Under the pieces are notes generated by a model that saw only the letters and a program-made list of their open reading frames with translations, made no database searches and had not been told where the DNA came from. Below, in pieces: positions 23,743-32,000 of a DNA stretch of 32,000 bases. Origin of the DNA: Pelagibacteraceae bacterium (GTDB lineage Bacteria; Pseudomonadota; Alphaproteobacteria; HIMB59); contig VTPN01000003.1 in the NCBI GenBank assembly GCA_008638215.1, forward strand, positions 16,550 through 48,549. The letters run 5' to 3'. Each line of letters starts with the position of its first letter. Within the stretch, counting starts at the first letter, position 1. Position numbers and translations under genes: made by a program.

Positions 23743-24167
23743 TATACGACTTCCATTCCCATTGATCTCGCAGAACCTAAAACAATCTTAGATGCTTGAT
23801 CAACATCGTATGCATTAAGATCTTCCAATTTCTCTTTAGCGATTTCTTTAATTTGAGCCATAGTGACTTTTCCTAATTTAGTTCGACCGGGAGTTTGACA
23901 TCCTTTTTTAATCTTAGCAGCTTTTTTAAGATAAAAAGTTACAGGTGGTTTTTTAGTAACGAAGACAAACGATCTATCTTTATACGCCGTGATAACAGTT
24001 GGAATTGGTGCTCCTTTTTCTAAATCTTTAGTTGCATCATTAAACTGTTTACAAAAATCTTGAATATTTAATCCCTTTTGACCTAATGCCGGACCTACTG
24101 GAGGAGCGGGATTAGCCGACCCTGCGGGAATTTGTAATTTAATGTATCCTAATATTTCTTTTGCCAT
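23742..24167 (-). CDS. rplK: 50S ribosomal protein L11 (uL11)
   Basis: [34 protein letters not shown]; [10 protein letters not shown]. Confidence 0.99.
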   Translation of the reverse strand: MAKEILGYIKLQIPAGSANPAPPVGPALGQKGLNIQDFCKQFNDATKDLEKGAPIPTVITAYKDRSFVFVTKKPPVTFYLKKAAKIKKGCQTPGRTKLGKVTMAQIKEIAKEKLEDLNAYDVDQASKIVLGSARSMGMEVV

Positions 24168-24174
24168 TGTTTTT

Positions 24175-24720
24175 TTAGCCTTTTACCACTTGTGAGTAAT
24201 CTAATTCTAACGGTGTAGGTCTCCCAAAAATTGAGACGGACACTTTAAGCTTTTGTCTTGAACTGTCAACCTCTTCTATGATGCCGTTGAATGAGGCAAA
24301 AGGACCGTCAGATACTTTAATTTGTTCGCCAACCTCGTATTCGAATTTAGGTTTAGGGTTATCAACGCCCTCGGTTATATCCTGTAAAAGTTTAGAAACT
24401 TCCCTTTCAGATATAGCAATTGGTTTGTCTTTAGTTCCTAAAAAATTAGAAACTTTAGGTATATCTCTTACTAGATGCCAAGTATCATCATTCATAATCA
24501 TTTTAACTAGAACGTAACCTGGAAAGAATTTCTTTTCAGAATTTACTCTTACGCCTCGACGTACCTCAACAACAGCTTGTGTTGGTACTGAAACTTCATT
24601 AATAAAGTCGTCAAGTTCCACTTTTTTAGCTTCTTCAATAATGGCGTCAGCTACTTTTTTTTCAAAGCCAGAGTGACAATGAACGACGTACCATTTAGAG
24701 GTATCTGAACTTACAACCAT
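24175..24720 (-). CDS. nusG: Transcription termination/antitermination protein NusG
   Basis: [19 protein letters not shown]; [12 protein letters not shown]; [20 protein letters not shown] domain. Confidence 0.98.
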   Translation of the reverse strand: MVVSSDTSKWYVVHCHSGFEKKVADAIIEEAKKVELDDFINEVSVPTQAVVEVRRGVRVNSEKKFFPGYVLVKMIMNDDTWHLVRDIPKVSNFLGTKDKPIAISEREVSKLLQDITEGVDNPKPKFEYEVGEQIKVSDGPFASFNGIIEEVDSSRQKLKVSVSIFGRPTPLELDYSQVVKG

Positions 24721-24722
24721 GA

Positions 24723-24908
24723 TTATCCTAAAATAACTCTCACAATAAAAGCAAAGAACTGATCAAGAAGCATTAAAATAACTGCAGCAATACTAATTAC
24801 AACCAAAACAATTCCAGAAGTAGTGAAAGTTTCTTTTTTAGAAGGCCAGGTAACTTTAGATACCTCCTGTCGAACCTCTCTAAGATACTTAGCTGGATTA
24901 ACTTTCAT
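24723..24908 (-). CDS. secE: Preprotein translocase subunit SecE
   Basis: MKVNPAKYLREVRQEVSKVTWPSKKETFTTSGIVLVVISIAAVILMLLDQFFAFIV; start moved to ATG at 24908 because the track's longer start runs into tRNA-Trp. Confidence 0.95.
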   Translation of the reverse strand: MKVNPAKYLREVRQEVSKVTWPSKKETFTTSGIVLVVISIAAVILMLLDQFFAFIVRVILG

Positions 24909-24920
24909 GTTTATTAAAAC

Positions 24921-24996
24921 TGGCAGGAGTGGCAGGCATCGAACCCGCAACCTCCGGTTTTGGAGACCGGCGCTCTACCAGTTGAGCTACACTCCT
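24921..24996 (-). tRNA. tRNA-Trp (anticodon CCA)
   Basis: Reverse complement AGGAGTGTAGCTCAACTGGTAGAGCGCCGGTCTCCAAAACCGGAGGTTGCGGGTTCGATGCCTGCCACTCCTGCCA: full cloverleaf, anticodon loop CTCCAAA, encoded CCA. Confidence 0.98.
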
Positions 24997-25026
24997 TCAT
25001 AATTAATAATGCTGCAGAGAAATTAA

Positions 25027-26217
25027 TTATTCAATAATCTCTGACACAACTCCTGAACCAACGGTTCTTCCACCTTCTCGGATTGCAAAACGTAAATTGT
25101 TATCCATAGCAATCGGTGATAATAGTTCGACTTCTAGAGTAAGATTATCACCAGGCATAACCATCTCTGTTCCTTCAGGAAGTTTGATAGAACCAGTAAC
25201 ATCAGTTGTTCTAAAATAGAACTGTGGTCTATAGTTTGCAAAGAAAGGTGTATGTCTTCCACCTTCTTCTTTGCTTAGCGCATAGATTTCAGCTTTAAAT
25301 TTTTTGTGAGGTTTAATACTTCCGGGTTTAGCTAGTACTTGGCCACGTTCTACCTCTTCTTTTTTAGTTCCACGCAGAAGAAGACCGACGTTGTCGCCAG
25401 CTTGACCAGAGTCTAGAAGCTTTCTAAACATCTCAACACCTGTAACAGTAGTTTTTTGAGTATCAGTTAAACCAATAATTTCTACTTCTTCACCAGGCTT
25501 AATAATACCTTGTTCAATTCTTCCAGTTACAACAGTACCTCTACCAGAAATTGAGAAAACATCTTCAACCGGCATAAGGAAAGGTTTATCTAAATCTCTT
25601 GCAGGAGCAGGAATGTATGAATCTACTTTTTCCATTAATTCAATAATTGAATTTTTACCAATAGCTTCGTCTCTATCCTCAATTGCAGCTAATGCAGAAC
25701 CCTTAACGATTGGAATATCATCACCTGGGAAGTCATAACTTGATAACAGCTCTCTGATTTCCATTTCAACTAAATCCAAAAGTTCAGCATCATCGACTTG
25801 ATCAACTTTATTCATATATACAACAAGAGCCGGGACACCAACTTGTCTTGCTAAAAGAATATGCTCACGTGTTTGTGGCATCGGACCGTCTGCAGCGTTA
25901 ACAACTAAAATACCACCATCCATTTGAGCAGCACCAGTAATCATATTTTTTACATAGTCTGCGTGACCTGGACAATCAACGTGTGCATAATGTCTTTTAT
26001 CTGTAGAATATTCTACGTGAGCAGTAGAAATTGTAATTCCTCTTTCTCTTTCCTCAGGAGCTTTATCTATTTGATCATAAGCTGTATATGATCCACCACC
26101 TTTTTCTGCCAATACTTTTGTAATTGCAGCAGTAAGAGTAGTTTTACCATGGTCGACGTGACCGATAGTACCAATGTTGACGTGTTCTTTCGACCTGTCA
26201 AATTTTTCTTTAGCCAT
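25027..26217 (-). CDS. tuf: Translation elongation factor Tu
   Basis: [28 protein letters not shown]; [26 protein letters not shown]; NKVD; 396 aa. Confidence 0.99.
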   Translation of the reverse strand: MAKEKFDRSKEHVNIGTIGHVDHGKTTLTAAITKVLAEKGGGSYTAYDQIDKAPEERERGITISTAHVEYSTDKRHYAHVDCPGHADYVKNMITGAAQMDGGILVVNAADGPMPQTREHILLARQVGVPALVVYMNKVDQVDDAELLDLVEMEIRELLSSYDFPGDDIPIVKGSALAAIEDRDEAIGKNSIIELMEKVDSYIPAPARDLDKPFLMPVEDVFSISGRGTVVTGRIEQGIIKPGEEVEIIGLTDTQKTTVTGVEMFRKLLDSGQAGDNVGLLLRGTKKEEVERGQVLAKPGSIKPHKKFKAEIYALSKEEGGRHTPFFANYRPQFYFRTTDVTGSIKLPEGTEMVMPGDNLTLEVELLSPIAMDNNLRFAIREGGRTVGSGVVSEIIE

Positions 26218-26268
26218 TTTAAATTGTTACCTCTATTTAATATCTATTACTTAATTTTTTTTTGTTTA

Positions 26269-26342
26269 TGGAGCGGGTGAAGGGAATCGAACCCTCGTAG
26301 CCAGCTTGGAAGGCTGGAGCTTTACCATTAAGCTACACCCGC
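26269..26342 (-). tRNA. tRNA-Gly (anticodon TCC)
   Basis: Reverse complement GCGGGTGTAGCTTAATGGTAAAGCTCCAGCCTTCCAAGCTGGCTACGAGGGTTCGATTCCCTTCACCCGCTCCA; anticodon loop CTTCCAA, encoded CCA. Confidence 0.98.
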
Positions 26343-26447
26343 GAAAAAGCGGGTAACCACTTCAAAACAACCACAAAAACAAATCCTTGTGAGTTCCGAT
26401 AAACTACTTATTTTTGTTTAAAATTCAATAGCTAATGTGAAAAAAAG

Positions 26448-26533
26448 TGGTGGAGGGAGTAGGATTCGAACCTACGTACACTTGCGTGAACAGATTTACA
26501 GTCTGCCGCCTTTAACCACTCGGCCATCCCTCC
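26448..26533 (-). tRNA. tRNA-Tyr (anticodon GTA)
   Basis: Reverse complement GGAGGGATGGCCGAGTGGTTAAAGGCGGCAGACTGTAAATCTGTTCACGCAAGTGTACGTAGGTTCGAATCCTACTCCCTCCACCA; class II tRNA with long variable arm, encoded CCA. Confidence 0.98.
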
Positions 26534-26555
26534 TAAGTGAAAAAACAGGTCTTGA

Positions 26556-26583
26556 TTAATAGATATTTGTCTTTGAAAGTCAA
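26556..26583 (-). promoter_or_regulatory. Candidate sigma70-type promoter for tRNA-Tyr/tRNA-Gly/tuf and the downstream array
   Basis: On the minus strand: TTGACT (26583..26578), 16-nt spacer, TATTAA (26561..26556), about 22 nt upstream of the mature tRNA-Tyr 5' end. Confidence 0.55.
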
Positions 26584-26617
26584 TAGACTTCCTAAACTTT
26601 AACTGTAATTTAAAAAT

Positions 26618-27340
26618 ATGATTATTTCAGGTGATAATGCATGTTTATCGTGTCTTTTGCACAATCCCTCAAAGGCGACTGAGGTATTAATAAATAAAGA
26701 AAAAAAAGCGAATTATTTAAAAATCATTGAAAAAAGTAATCTAAATAAAATCACCCGATATGTAGATAAAAAAGAGCTACAAAGAATAGATCGAGACAAC
26801 CTTAGACAATCCAACGACATTATAATAAGACGAGAAGAATATAGCCCATCCTCTTTAGCTGAGATATATAATGCTAACAAAGAAAAATCAATAATAGTTG
26901 TTCTAGATCAATTAACTGATCAAAATAATCTTGGAAATATTATAAGAACATGTCTTTTAATGAACGTTAATGGAATTATTTTACCAGAGCACTCATCAGC
27001 AACAATCTCAGGATCAACCGCGAACACATCCGCTGGTGCTATAGAAATTTTAAAGTTCCACATATCAAAGAATTTAAATAGATCACTTGAAGAACTAAAA
27101 AAAAATGGGTACTGGACTTATTCGCTTGATATGAAAGGTGAATTGATTTCTAAAAATTTTAAATTTGATAAAAAAACGATAATTATCGTAGGAAGCGAAG
27201 GTAAAGGAATCAGAAAGAATATTTTAACTAATAGTGATTTTATAATATCCCTACCCCAAGATAAAATAGAAGGAATCGATAGTTATAATGCAGCAAACTC
27301 TTTAGCAATGACGCTATTTCACCATAGACTTAATATCTAA
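26618..27340 (+). CDS. TrmH/SpoU-family rRNA 2'-O-methyltransferase, RlmB-like
   Basis: SPOUT motifs: VVLDQLTDQNNLGNIIRTC, NTSAGAIE, IIIVGSEGKGIRK, ISLPQDKIEGIDSYNAANSLAM; N-terminal substrate-binding-like domain. Confidence 0.88.
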   Translation: MIISGDNACLSCLLHNPSKATEVLINKEKKANYLKIIEKSNLNKITRYVDKKELQRIDRDNLRQSNDIIIRREEYSPSSLAEIYNANKEKSIIVVLDQLTDQNNLGNIIRTCLLMNVNGIILPEHSSATISGSTANTSAGAIEILKFHISKNLNRSLEELKKNGYWTYSLDMKGELISKNFKFDKKTIIIVGSEGKGIRKNILTNSDFIISLPQDKIEGIDSYNAANSLAMTLFHHRLNI

Positions 27341-27347
27341 GAATTAG

Positions 27348-27377
27348 TTATTGTTTCTTAAAGATATTAGTATAAAA
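27348..27377 (+). promoter_or_regulatory. Candidate promoter for tRNA-Thr
   Basis: TATAAA at 27372..27377, with TTATTG (27348..27353, 18-nt spacer) or TTGTTT (27351..27356, 15-nt spacer) upstream; tRNA starts at 27390. Confidence 0.35.
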
Positions 27378-27389
27378 AATTACAAAATG

Positions 27390-27464
<75 letters not shown>

Positions 27465-27504
27465 CATTTATTGATTATTTATTTTCTTTTATTACATTAC
27501 TAAT

Positions 27505-28038
27505 ATGAACTCAGGAGTTGATCAATTTGGCAGAAGCACAAATACTTCAAAAAATATAACTGAGGAAAAATCTCAAAGAATTCTTGAGGCATTAAGTGAC
27601 ATTAAACATCAATTGCAAAATGAAGAAATCGCCCCTCAAGAATTAGAAGAAAATTCGCTTAAAATAAAAGAAACTAAAAAAGATAAATCTCATGATTTAG
27701 ATTTTAAAAACCTTCAGCAGAAAATTGAAAATTTAGAAAAAAAAATCAATCAAATCTTTAAAAATTTAGAAAATAAAAGTAATGAGAATTTCATCGAGGA
27801 TCATAAAGATAGCGATGAAGAGATTTCTATTTTTCATCAATTCCAAAAAAATACAGATTTAAAAACTAGCAAATCACTAACGATCATCAATAATCCATAT
27901 TACCAAAAAAAGAAAATTAGTTTTTTTCAGATATTTTTTAGAGCAATTGTACTTACGATTATTTGTACTGCGATAATCTTATATGCAAAAAACATTCCCC
28001 TATCAAAGTTTATTATTGAAATAGAAAATTTATTCTAA
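27505..28038 (+). CDS. Hypothetical protein: charged coiled-coil region plus C-terminal transmembrane helix
   Basis: 177-aa ORF on the unoccupied strand; heptad-like LQQKIENLEKKINQIFKNLENK; hydrophobic segment FFRAIVLTIICTAIILYA near the C-terminus. No family recognised. Confidence 0.7.
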   Translation: MNSGVDQFGRSTNTSKNITEEKSQRILEALSDIKHQLQNEEIAPQELEENSLKIKETKKDKSHDLDFKNLQQKIENLEKKINQIFKNLENKSNENFIEDHKDSDEEISIFHQFQKNTDLKTSKSLTIINNPYYQKKKISFFQIFFRAIVLTIICTAIILYAKNIPLSKFIIEIENLF

Positions 28039-30791
28039 GCGACGTTTAGTTTTTCAACATTAGCCGCACTGAATTTAAATTCAGGAATTTTTCCGTACGG
28101 ATCTAATTGAGGGTTGGTTAACACATTGGCTGCCGCTTCAGCAAAACAAAATGGAATAAATACCATTCCTTCAGGAATTTCTTTATCTCTTCTTACTTTT
28201 ATGACAATAGTACCACGTTTTGTTTTTACTTTTACATGATCACCTGGTTCTATATTCATTCGTTTCATATCCCATCTATTCATACTTACAATAGCCTCCG
28301 GTTCTATATGATCTAGAACAGTAGCTCTTCTTGTCATTGATCCTGTATGCCAATGTTCAAGTAGTCGTCCAGTAGTAAGAATCATTGGGAAATCATCGTC
28401 AGGTAATTCCGCGGGAGGTATCAACCTAGCAGGAACAATCTTACCTCTTCCATTTGCAGTTGGAAATTTCTCATTGAAAATAATTTCATTACCTGGCTTA
28501 TTGGGATCATCACAGGGATATGTAACGCTGTTTTCATTTTCTAAACGTTCATATGTAATGTTTTTTAAAGAAGGCATCACTTGAGCCATTTCATTAAAAA
28601 TGTCTCTTGGATGTAAGTAGCTCCAGTCAAGCCCCATTCTCTGTGCGATTGCTTGCGTGATCCACCAATCTTGACGAGCATCGCCCGGAGGTGGTACGGC
28701 CTGACGGCCTATTTGAACTTGTCGGTTTGTATTGGTAAAAGTTCCTGTTTTTTCCGCATGGGCAGAAGAAGGTAAAATTACATCTGCATGCCATGCTGTT
28801 TCAGTCATAAAAATATCTTGGACTACTAGGTGATCTAGTTTCGCCAGTGCTTCTCTTGCATGGTTTTGATCAGGATCAGACATGGCAGGGTTTTCTCCCA
28901 TGATGTACATTGACTTTATTTCACCCTCTAAAATTTTATTGATAACCTCAACAACCGTTAACCCTTTTTTATTATCTAATTCTACTTTCCAAAAGTTTTC
29001 ATATTTGGAATGGATGTCTTGATTTTCTACTGACTGGTAATCAGGAAAGACCATAGGAATAAGTCCTGCATCAGATGCACCTTGAACATTATTTTGGCCT
29101 CTTAATGGATGAAGGCCTGTTCCATTTCTACCAATTTGTCCTGTAGTAAGGGCAAGAGCGATTAAACATCTGGCATTGTCAGTCCCATGAACATGCTGAG
29201 AAACTCCCATTCCCCAAAAAATAATAGATTTTTCAGAAGTAGCGTAAAGTCTGGCAACCTCTCGGAGTTCGTTGGCAGATATCCCACATATCGACTCCAT
29301 TTTTTCAGGTGAAAAATCTTTTATTTCGATTTGTAATTTTTCGAAGCCCTCAGTTTGACCTTGAATATATTGTTGATCATATAACTTTTCATCAATGATT
29401 GTATACAGCAGAGCGTTAAGCATCGCTACATCTGTACCTGGTTTAAATTGTAAGTTATGAGTAGCAAATTTACTTAAACCCTGTTTTCTTGGATCCATGA
29501 CAATTAATTTAGATCCTCGTTTAACTGCTCTTTTTAAATATGTAGCAGCAACAGGATGATTTTCTGTAGGTCTAGCTCCGATTACAATAATACAATCTGC
29601 ATCACTTGCTGCCATGAATGGTGCAGAGACAGCTCCGGAGTTAACACATTCCATTAACGCAGCAACAGAAGATGCATGACATAATCTAGTACAGTGATCA
29701 ACATTATTTGAACCAAAACCTACTCGAACTAATTTTTGGAATAAATAAGCCTCCTCATTGGAACACTTGGCCGAACCAAAACCAGCTAAACTTTTGGGAC
29801 CATGATCTTCTTTAGATTTTGCTAAACCTTTTGCGGCAATATCAAGTGCATTTTCCCAAGTAGTTTCTTCAAAATAATCTGATATTTCTGAGTCCTTTAA
29901 TTGAAAATTTCCATCTTTAGGAACTCCAGCTTTTCTTACGAGGGGTTTTGTTAGTCTGCCATCATGATTAATATAATCAAAGCCAAATCGACCTTTTACA
30001 CAAAGTCTATTTTCGTTAGCCGGACCGTCTTTTCCATCAACATATAAAATTTTGTCATCCTTTACATGGACTTTTGTTTGACATCCAACGCCACAATATG
30101 GGCATACACTGTCAACAGTTCTATCAGCATAATTAACACGGGCTCCCTCTTCATTAACCAAAGATGATTCCATTAATGCGCCTGTCGGACATGCTTGAAC
30201 ACACTCTCCACATGCAACACATGTACTTTCACCCATAGGATCATCTAAATCAAAAATAATCTTGGCAGTAGATCCTCGGTAAGCCATGCCAATAACGTCA
30301 TTTACTTGAACCTCTCTACATGCTCGAACACATAAATTACAATTGATACAAGCATCTAAATTGACACTCATAGCTTTATGAGATCTGTCTATATTAATTT
30401 TTTCTTTACCTGGAAACCTACTACTGCTAACTCCCATTTTTTCAGACCAATTCCAGAACTTGGAGTCTGGATCAGGGGAATGCTCTTTAGATGGTTGGTC
30501 AGACACTAATAATTCAAAAACCATAGATCGAGATTTTTCAGCTCTAGGAGAGTTAACCGTTACCTCCATTCCTTCAGTGGGTTTTCTTATACATGAAGCA
30601 GCTAGGGTTCTTTCACCTTTGATTTCAACCATGCAAGCACGACAATTACCATCAGCTCGATAACCCGGCTCAGGTGAATAGCATAAATGAGGAATATCTA
30701 TATTATTTTTTTTTGCTACATCCCAAATTGATTCAGTAGGTTCAGCTACATATTCTTTACCATCAATAGAAAATTTTATTTTATTTGTCAT
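28035..30791 (-). CDS. NAD-dependent formate dehydrogenase alpha subunit (Mo/W-bis-MGD oxidoreductase with N-terminal Fe-S domains)
   Basis: 2Fe-2S motif CYSPEPGYRADGNCRACMVEIKGERTLAASC; two 4Fe-4S ferredoxin motifs CINCNLCVRAC and CVACGECVQACP; CPYCGVGC...CVKGRFG; Cys Mo ligand in GSAKCSNEEAYLFQKLVR; C-terminal molydopterin-binding MILTTGRLLEHWHTGSMTRR. Confidence 0.9.
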   Translation of the reverse strand: MTNKIKFSIDGKEYVAEPTESIWDVAKKNNIDIPHLCYSPEPGYRADGNCRACMVEIKGERTLAASCIRKPTEGMEVTVNSPRAEKSRSMVFELLVSDQPSKEHSPDPDSKFWNWSEKMGVSSSRFPGKEKINIDRSHKAMSVNLDACINCNLCVRACREVQVNDVIGMAYRGSTAKIIFDLDDPMGESTCVACGECVQACPTGALMESSLVNEEGARVNYADRTVDSVCPYCGVGCQTKVHVKDDKILYVDGKDGPANENRLCVKGRFGFDYINHDGRLTKPLVRKAGVPKDGNFQLKDSEISDYFEETTWENALDIAAKGLAKSKEDHGPKSLAGFGSAKCSNEEAYLFQKLVRVGFGSNNVDHCTRLCHASSVAALMECVNSGAVSAPFMAASDADCIIVIGARPTENHPVAATYLKRAVKRGSKLIVMDPRKQGLSKFATHNLQFKPGTDVAMLNALLYTIIDEKLYDQQYIQGQTEGFEKLQIEIKDFSPEKMESICGISANELREVARLYATSEKSIIFWGMGVSQHVHGTDNARCLIALALTTGQIGRNGTGLHPLRGQNNVQGASDAGLIPMVFPDYQSVENQDIHSKYENFWKVELDNKKGLTVVEVINKILEGEIKSMYIMGENPAMSDPDQNHAREALAKLDHLVVQDIFMTETAWHADVILPSSAHAEKTGTFTNTNRQVQIGRQAVPPPGDARQDWWITQAIAQRMGLDWSYLHPRDIFNEMAQVMPSLKNITYERLENENSVTYPCDDPNKPGNEIIFNEKFPTANGRGKIVPARLIPPAELPDDDFPMILTTGRLLEHWHTGSMTRRATVLDHIEPEAIVSMNRWDMKRMNIEPGDHVKVKTKRGTIVIKVRRDKEIPEGMVFIPFCFAEAAANVLTNPQLDPYGKIPEFKFSAANVEKLNVA

Positions 30792-32000
30792 TAGTTGGTT
30801 ACCTCATTTGGAAAATGCTTGATTACAGAGAGTAAAGGGTTAGGAGCAGCCTGCCCTAATCCACATATTGATGCGTCCATCATTGCGGATGATAACTCTT
30901 TGAGTAGCTCAACGTCCCATGAACTTTCATTCATTAATTTAAGTGCTTTTTCTGTTCCATTTCTACAAGGTGTGCACTGACCACAGCTTTCGTCATGAAA
31001 GAAAAACATTAAATTCTTGGCAATTTCGCTCATTTTGTCTTTATCTGACAAAACAACGACGGCAGCTGAGCCTATAAAGCATCCGTGCTCTTGAAGAGTG
31101 TCAAAGTCTAAAGGGACACTATCCATAGAAGCGGGTAAGATACCTCCTGATGCTCCACCTGGAAGATACGCCTTAAAAATATGATTTTCTTGCATTCCCC
31201 CACAGTACTCTTCGATTAATTGTTTAATGGTAATGCCGGCAGGAGCGAGTTTAACGCCAGGATTTTTAACTCTTCCAGAGACAGAAAATGTTCTTAAGCC
31301 TTTTCTATTATTCAAACCATGACTACTAAACCAGACAGCCCCTTTTTCTAAAATCTCTCTTACCCAGAAAACCGTTTCTACATTATGAATAAGTGTTGGT
31401 CTTCCAAACAATCCAACTTGGGAAGGGAAAGGAGGTTTGTGTCTCGGAAGACCTCTTTTGCCCTCAAGACTTTCAAGCATCGAAGATTCTTCTCCACATA
31501 TGTAAGCGCCCGCCCCTCTTCTTAAATGTATTCTTGTTTTGAAATTTAAATTATTTTCTTCAACTATTTTAATTTCTTTTTTTAAAAATTTGATCACATC
31601 AGGATATTCATCTCTCATATAAATATAAACATCTGTTGCTTCAACAACCCAAGCTGCAATCAACATTCCTTCAAGAAAACGATGAGGATCTCGAGAAAGA
31701 TAATGATGATCCTTGAAAGTTCCCGGCTCTCCTTCATCTCCATTAATAGCCATTAATCTTGGTTGTTTTTCAGCTCTAACAAATCTCCATTTTTTTCCTG
31801 TGGGAAATCCTGCCCCACCCAATCCTCTAAGACCGGATAATTCCATTTCTTCTATTAATTCCATTGGATTTTTTTTGTTTTCTAAACATTCTTTTAAGAT
31901 CTTGTATCCACCAGATTTTGTGTAGTTTTCAAAGTTGATATATTCAGGAGTTGAAGGTTTTATATCGTTGTTATCAATGGAAGTTTTTATTTTTTCAATA
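30791..32000 (-). CDS. Formate dehydrogenase beta subunit, NuoF-like flavoprotein (5' end beyond window)
   Basis: GLRGLGGAGFPTGKKWRFV; INGDEGEPGTFKD; RRGAGAYICGEESSMLESLEGKRGLPRHKPPFP; SCGQCTPCRNG...ASICGLGQAAPNP. The frame stays open from the track's Met (31864) to the window edge (…NFENYTKSGGYKILKECLENKKNPM), so the true start is outside. Confidence 0.9.
   Translation of the reverse strand, partial: IEKIKTSIDNNDIKPSTPEYINFENYTKSGGYKILKECLENKKNPMELIEEMELSGLRGLGGAGFPTGKKWRFVRAEKQPRLMAINGDEGEPGTFKDHHYLSRDPHRFLEGMLIAAWVVEATDVYIYMRDEYPDVIKFLKKEIKIVEENNLNFKTRIHLRRGAGAYICGEESSMLESLEGKRGLPRHKPPFPSQVGLFGRPTLIHNVETVFWVREILEKGAVWFSSHGLNNRKGLRTFSVSGRVKNPGVKLAPAGITIKQLIEEYCGGMQENHIFKAYLPGGASGGILPASMDSVPLDFDTLQEHGCFIGSAAVVVLSDKDKMSEIAKNLMFFFHDESCGQCTPCRNGTEKALKLMNESSWDVELLKELSSAMMDASICGLGQAAPNPLLSVIKHFPNEVTN

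Noticed and set aside
24909-24950. The ORF track extends SecE with an N-terminal MRVRCLPLLPVLIN.
   Set aside because: That stretch is largely the 3' part of tRNA-Trp (24921..24996) read in frame. The ATG at 24908 begins a normal SecE.
29050-30900. Possible selenocysteine-containing formate dehydrogenase.
   Set aside because: The frame is continuous and the Mo ligand position reads Cys (GSAKCSNEEAY), with no in-frame TGA and no need for SECIS.
30795-31925. Plus-strand ORFs 30460..30663, 30795..30980 and 31713..31925 opposite the formate dehydrogenase genes.
   Set aside because: Shadow ORFs of clearly coding minus-strand genes with strong Fe-S and flavin motifs.

Overview
AT-rich window whose gene content and order fit a streamlined alphaproteobacterium. 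The lineage is my inference from operon order, AT bias and short spacers, not a database result. About 26.5 kb on the minus strand is one nearly gapless array. In transcription order it reads tRNA-Tyr, tRNA-Gly, tuf, tRNA-Trp, secE, nusG, rplK, rplA, rplJ, rplL, rpoB, rpoC, rpsL, rpsG, fusA, rpsJ, rplC, rplD, rplW, rplB, rpsS, rplV, rpsC, rplP, rpmC, rpsQ, rplN, rplX, rplE, rpsN, rpsH, rplF, rplR, rpsE, rplO, secY, adk, rpsM, rpsK (partial). The plus strand then carries a TrmH/RlmB-type rRNA methyltransferase, tRNA-Thr and an orphan coiled-coil/transmembrane ORF. That ORF converges on a minus-strand NAD-dependent formate dehydrogenase locus (alpha subunit, plus a NuoF-like beta subunit truncated by the window edge). 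I found no CRISPR, mobile element, phage gene or convincing new multi-gene system; this is mostly a conserved housekeeping region. The observations most worth checking are: rpmD (uL30) absent between rpsE and rplO; adenylate kinase with a degenerate NMP-binding motif; shortened uL4 and uL29 (the latter missed by the ORF track); a formate dehydrogenase alpha subunit apparently lacking the His/Cys3 cluster motif; and the orphan 177-aa ORF.
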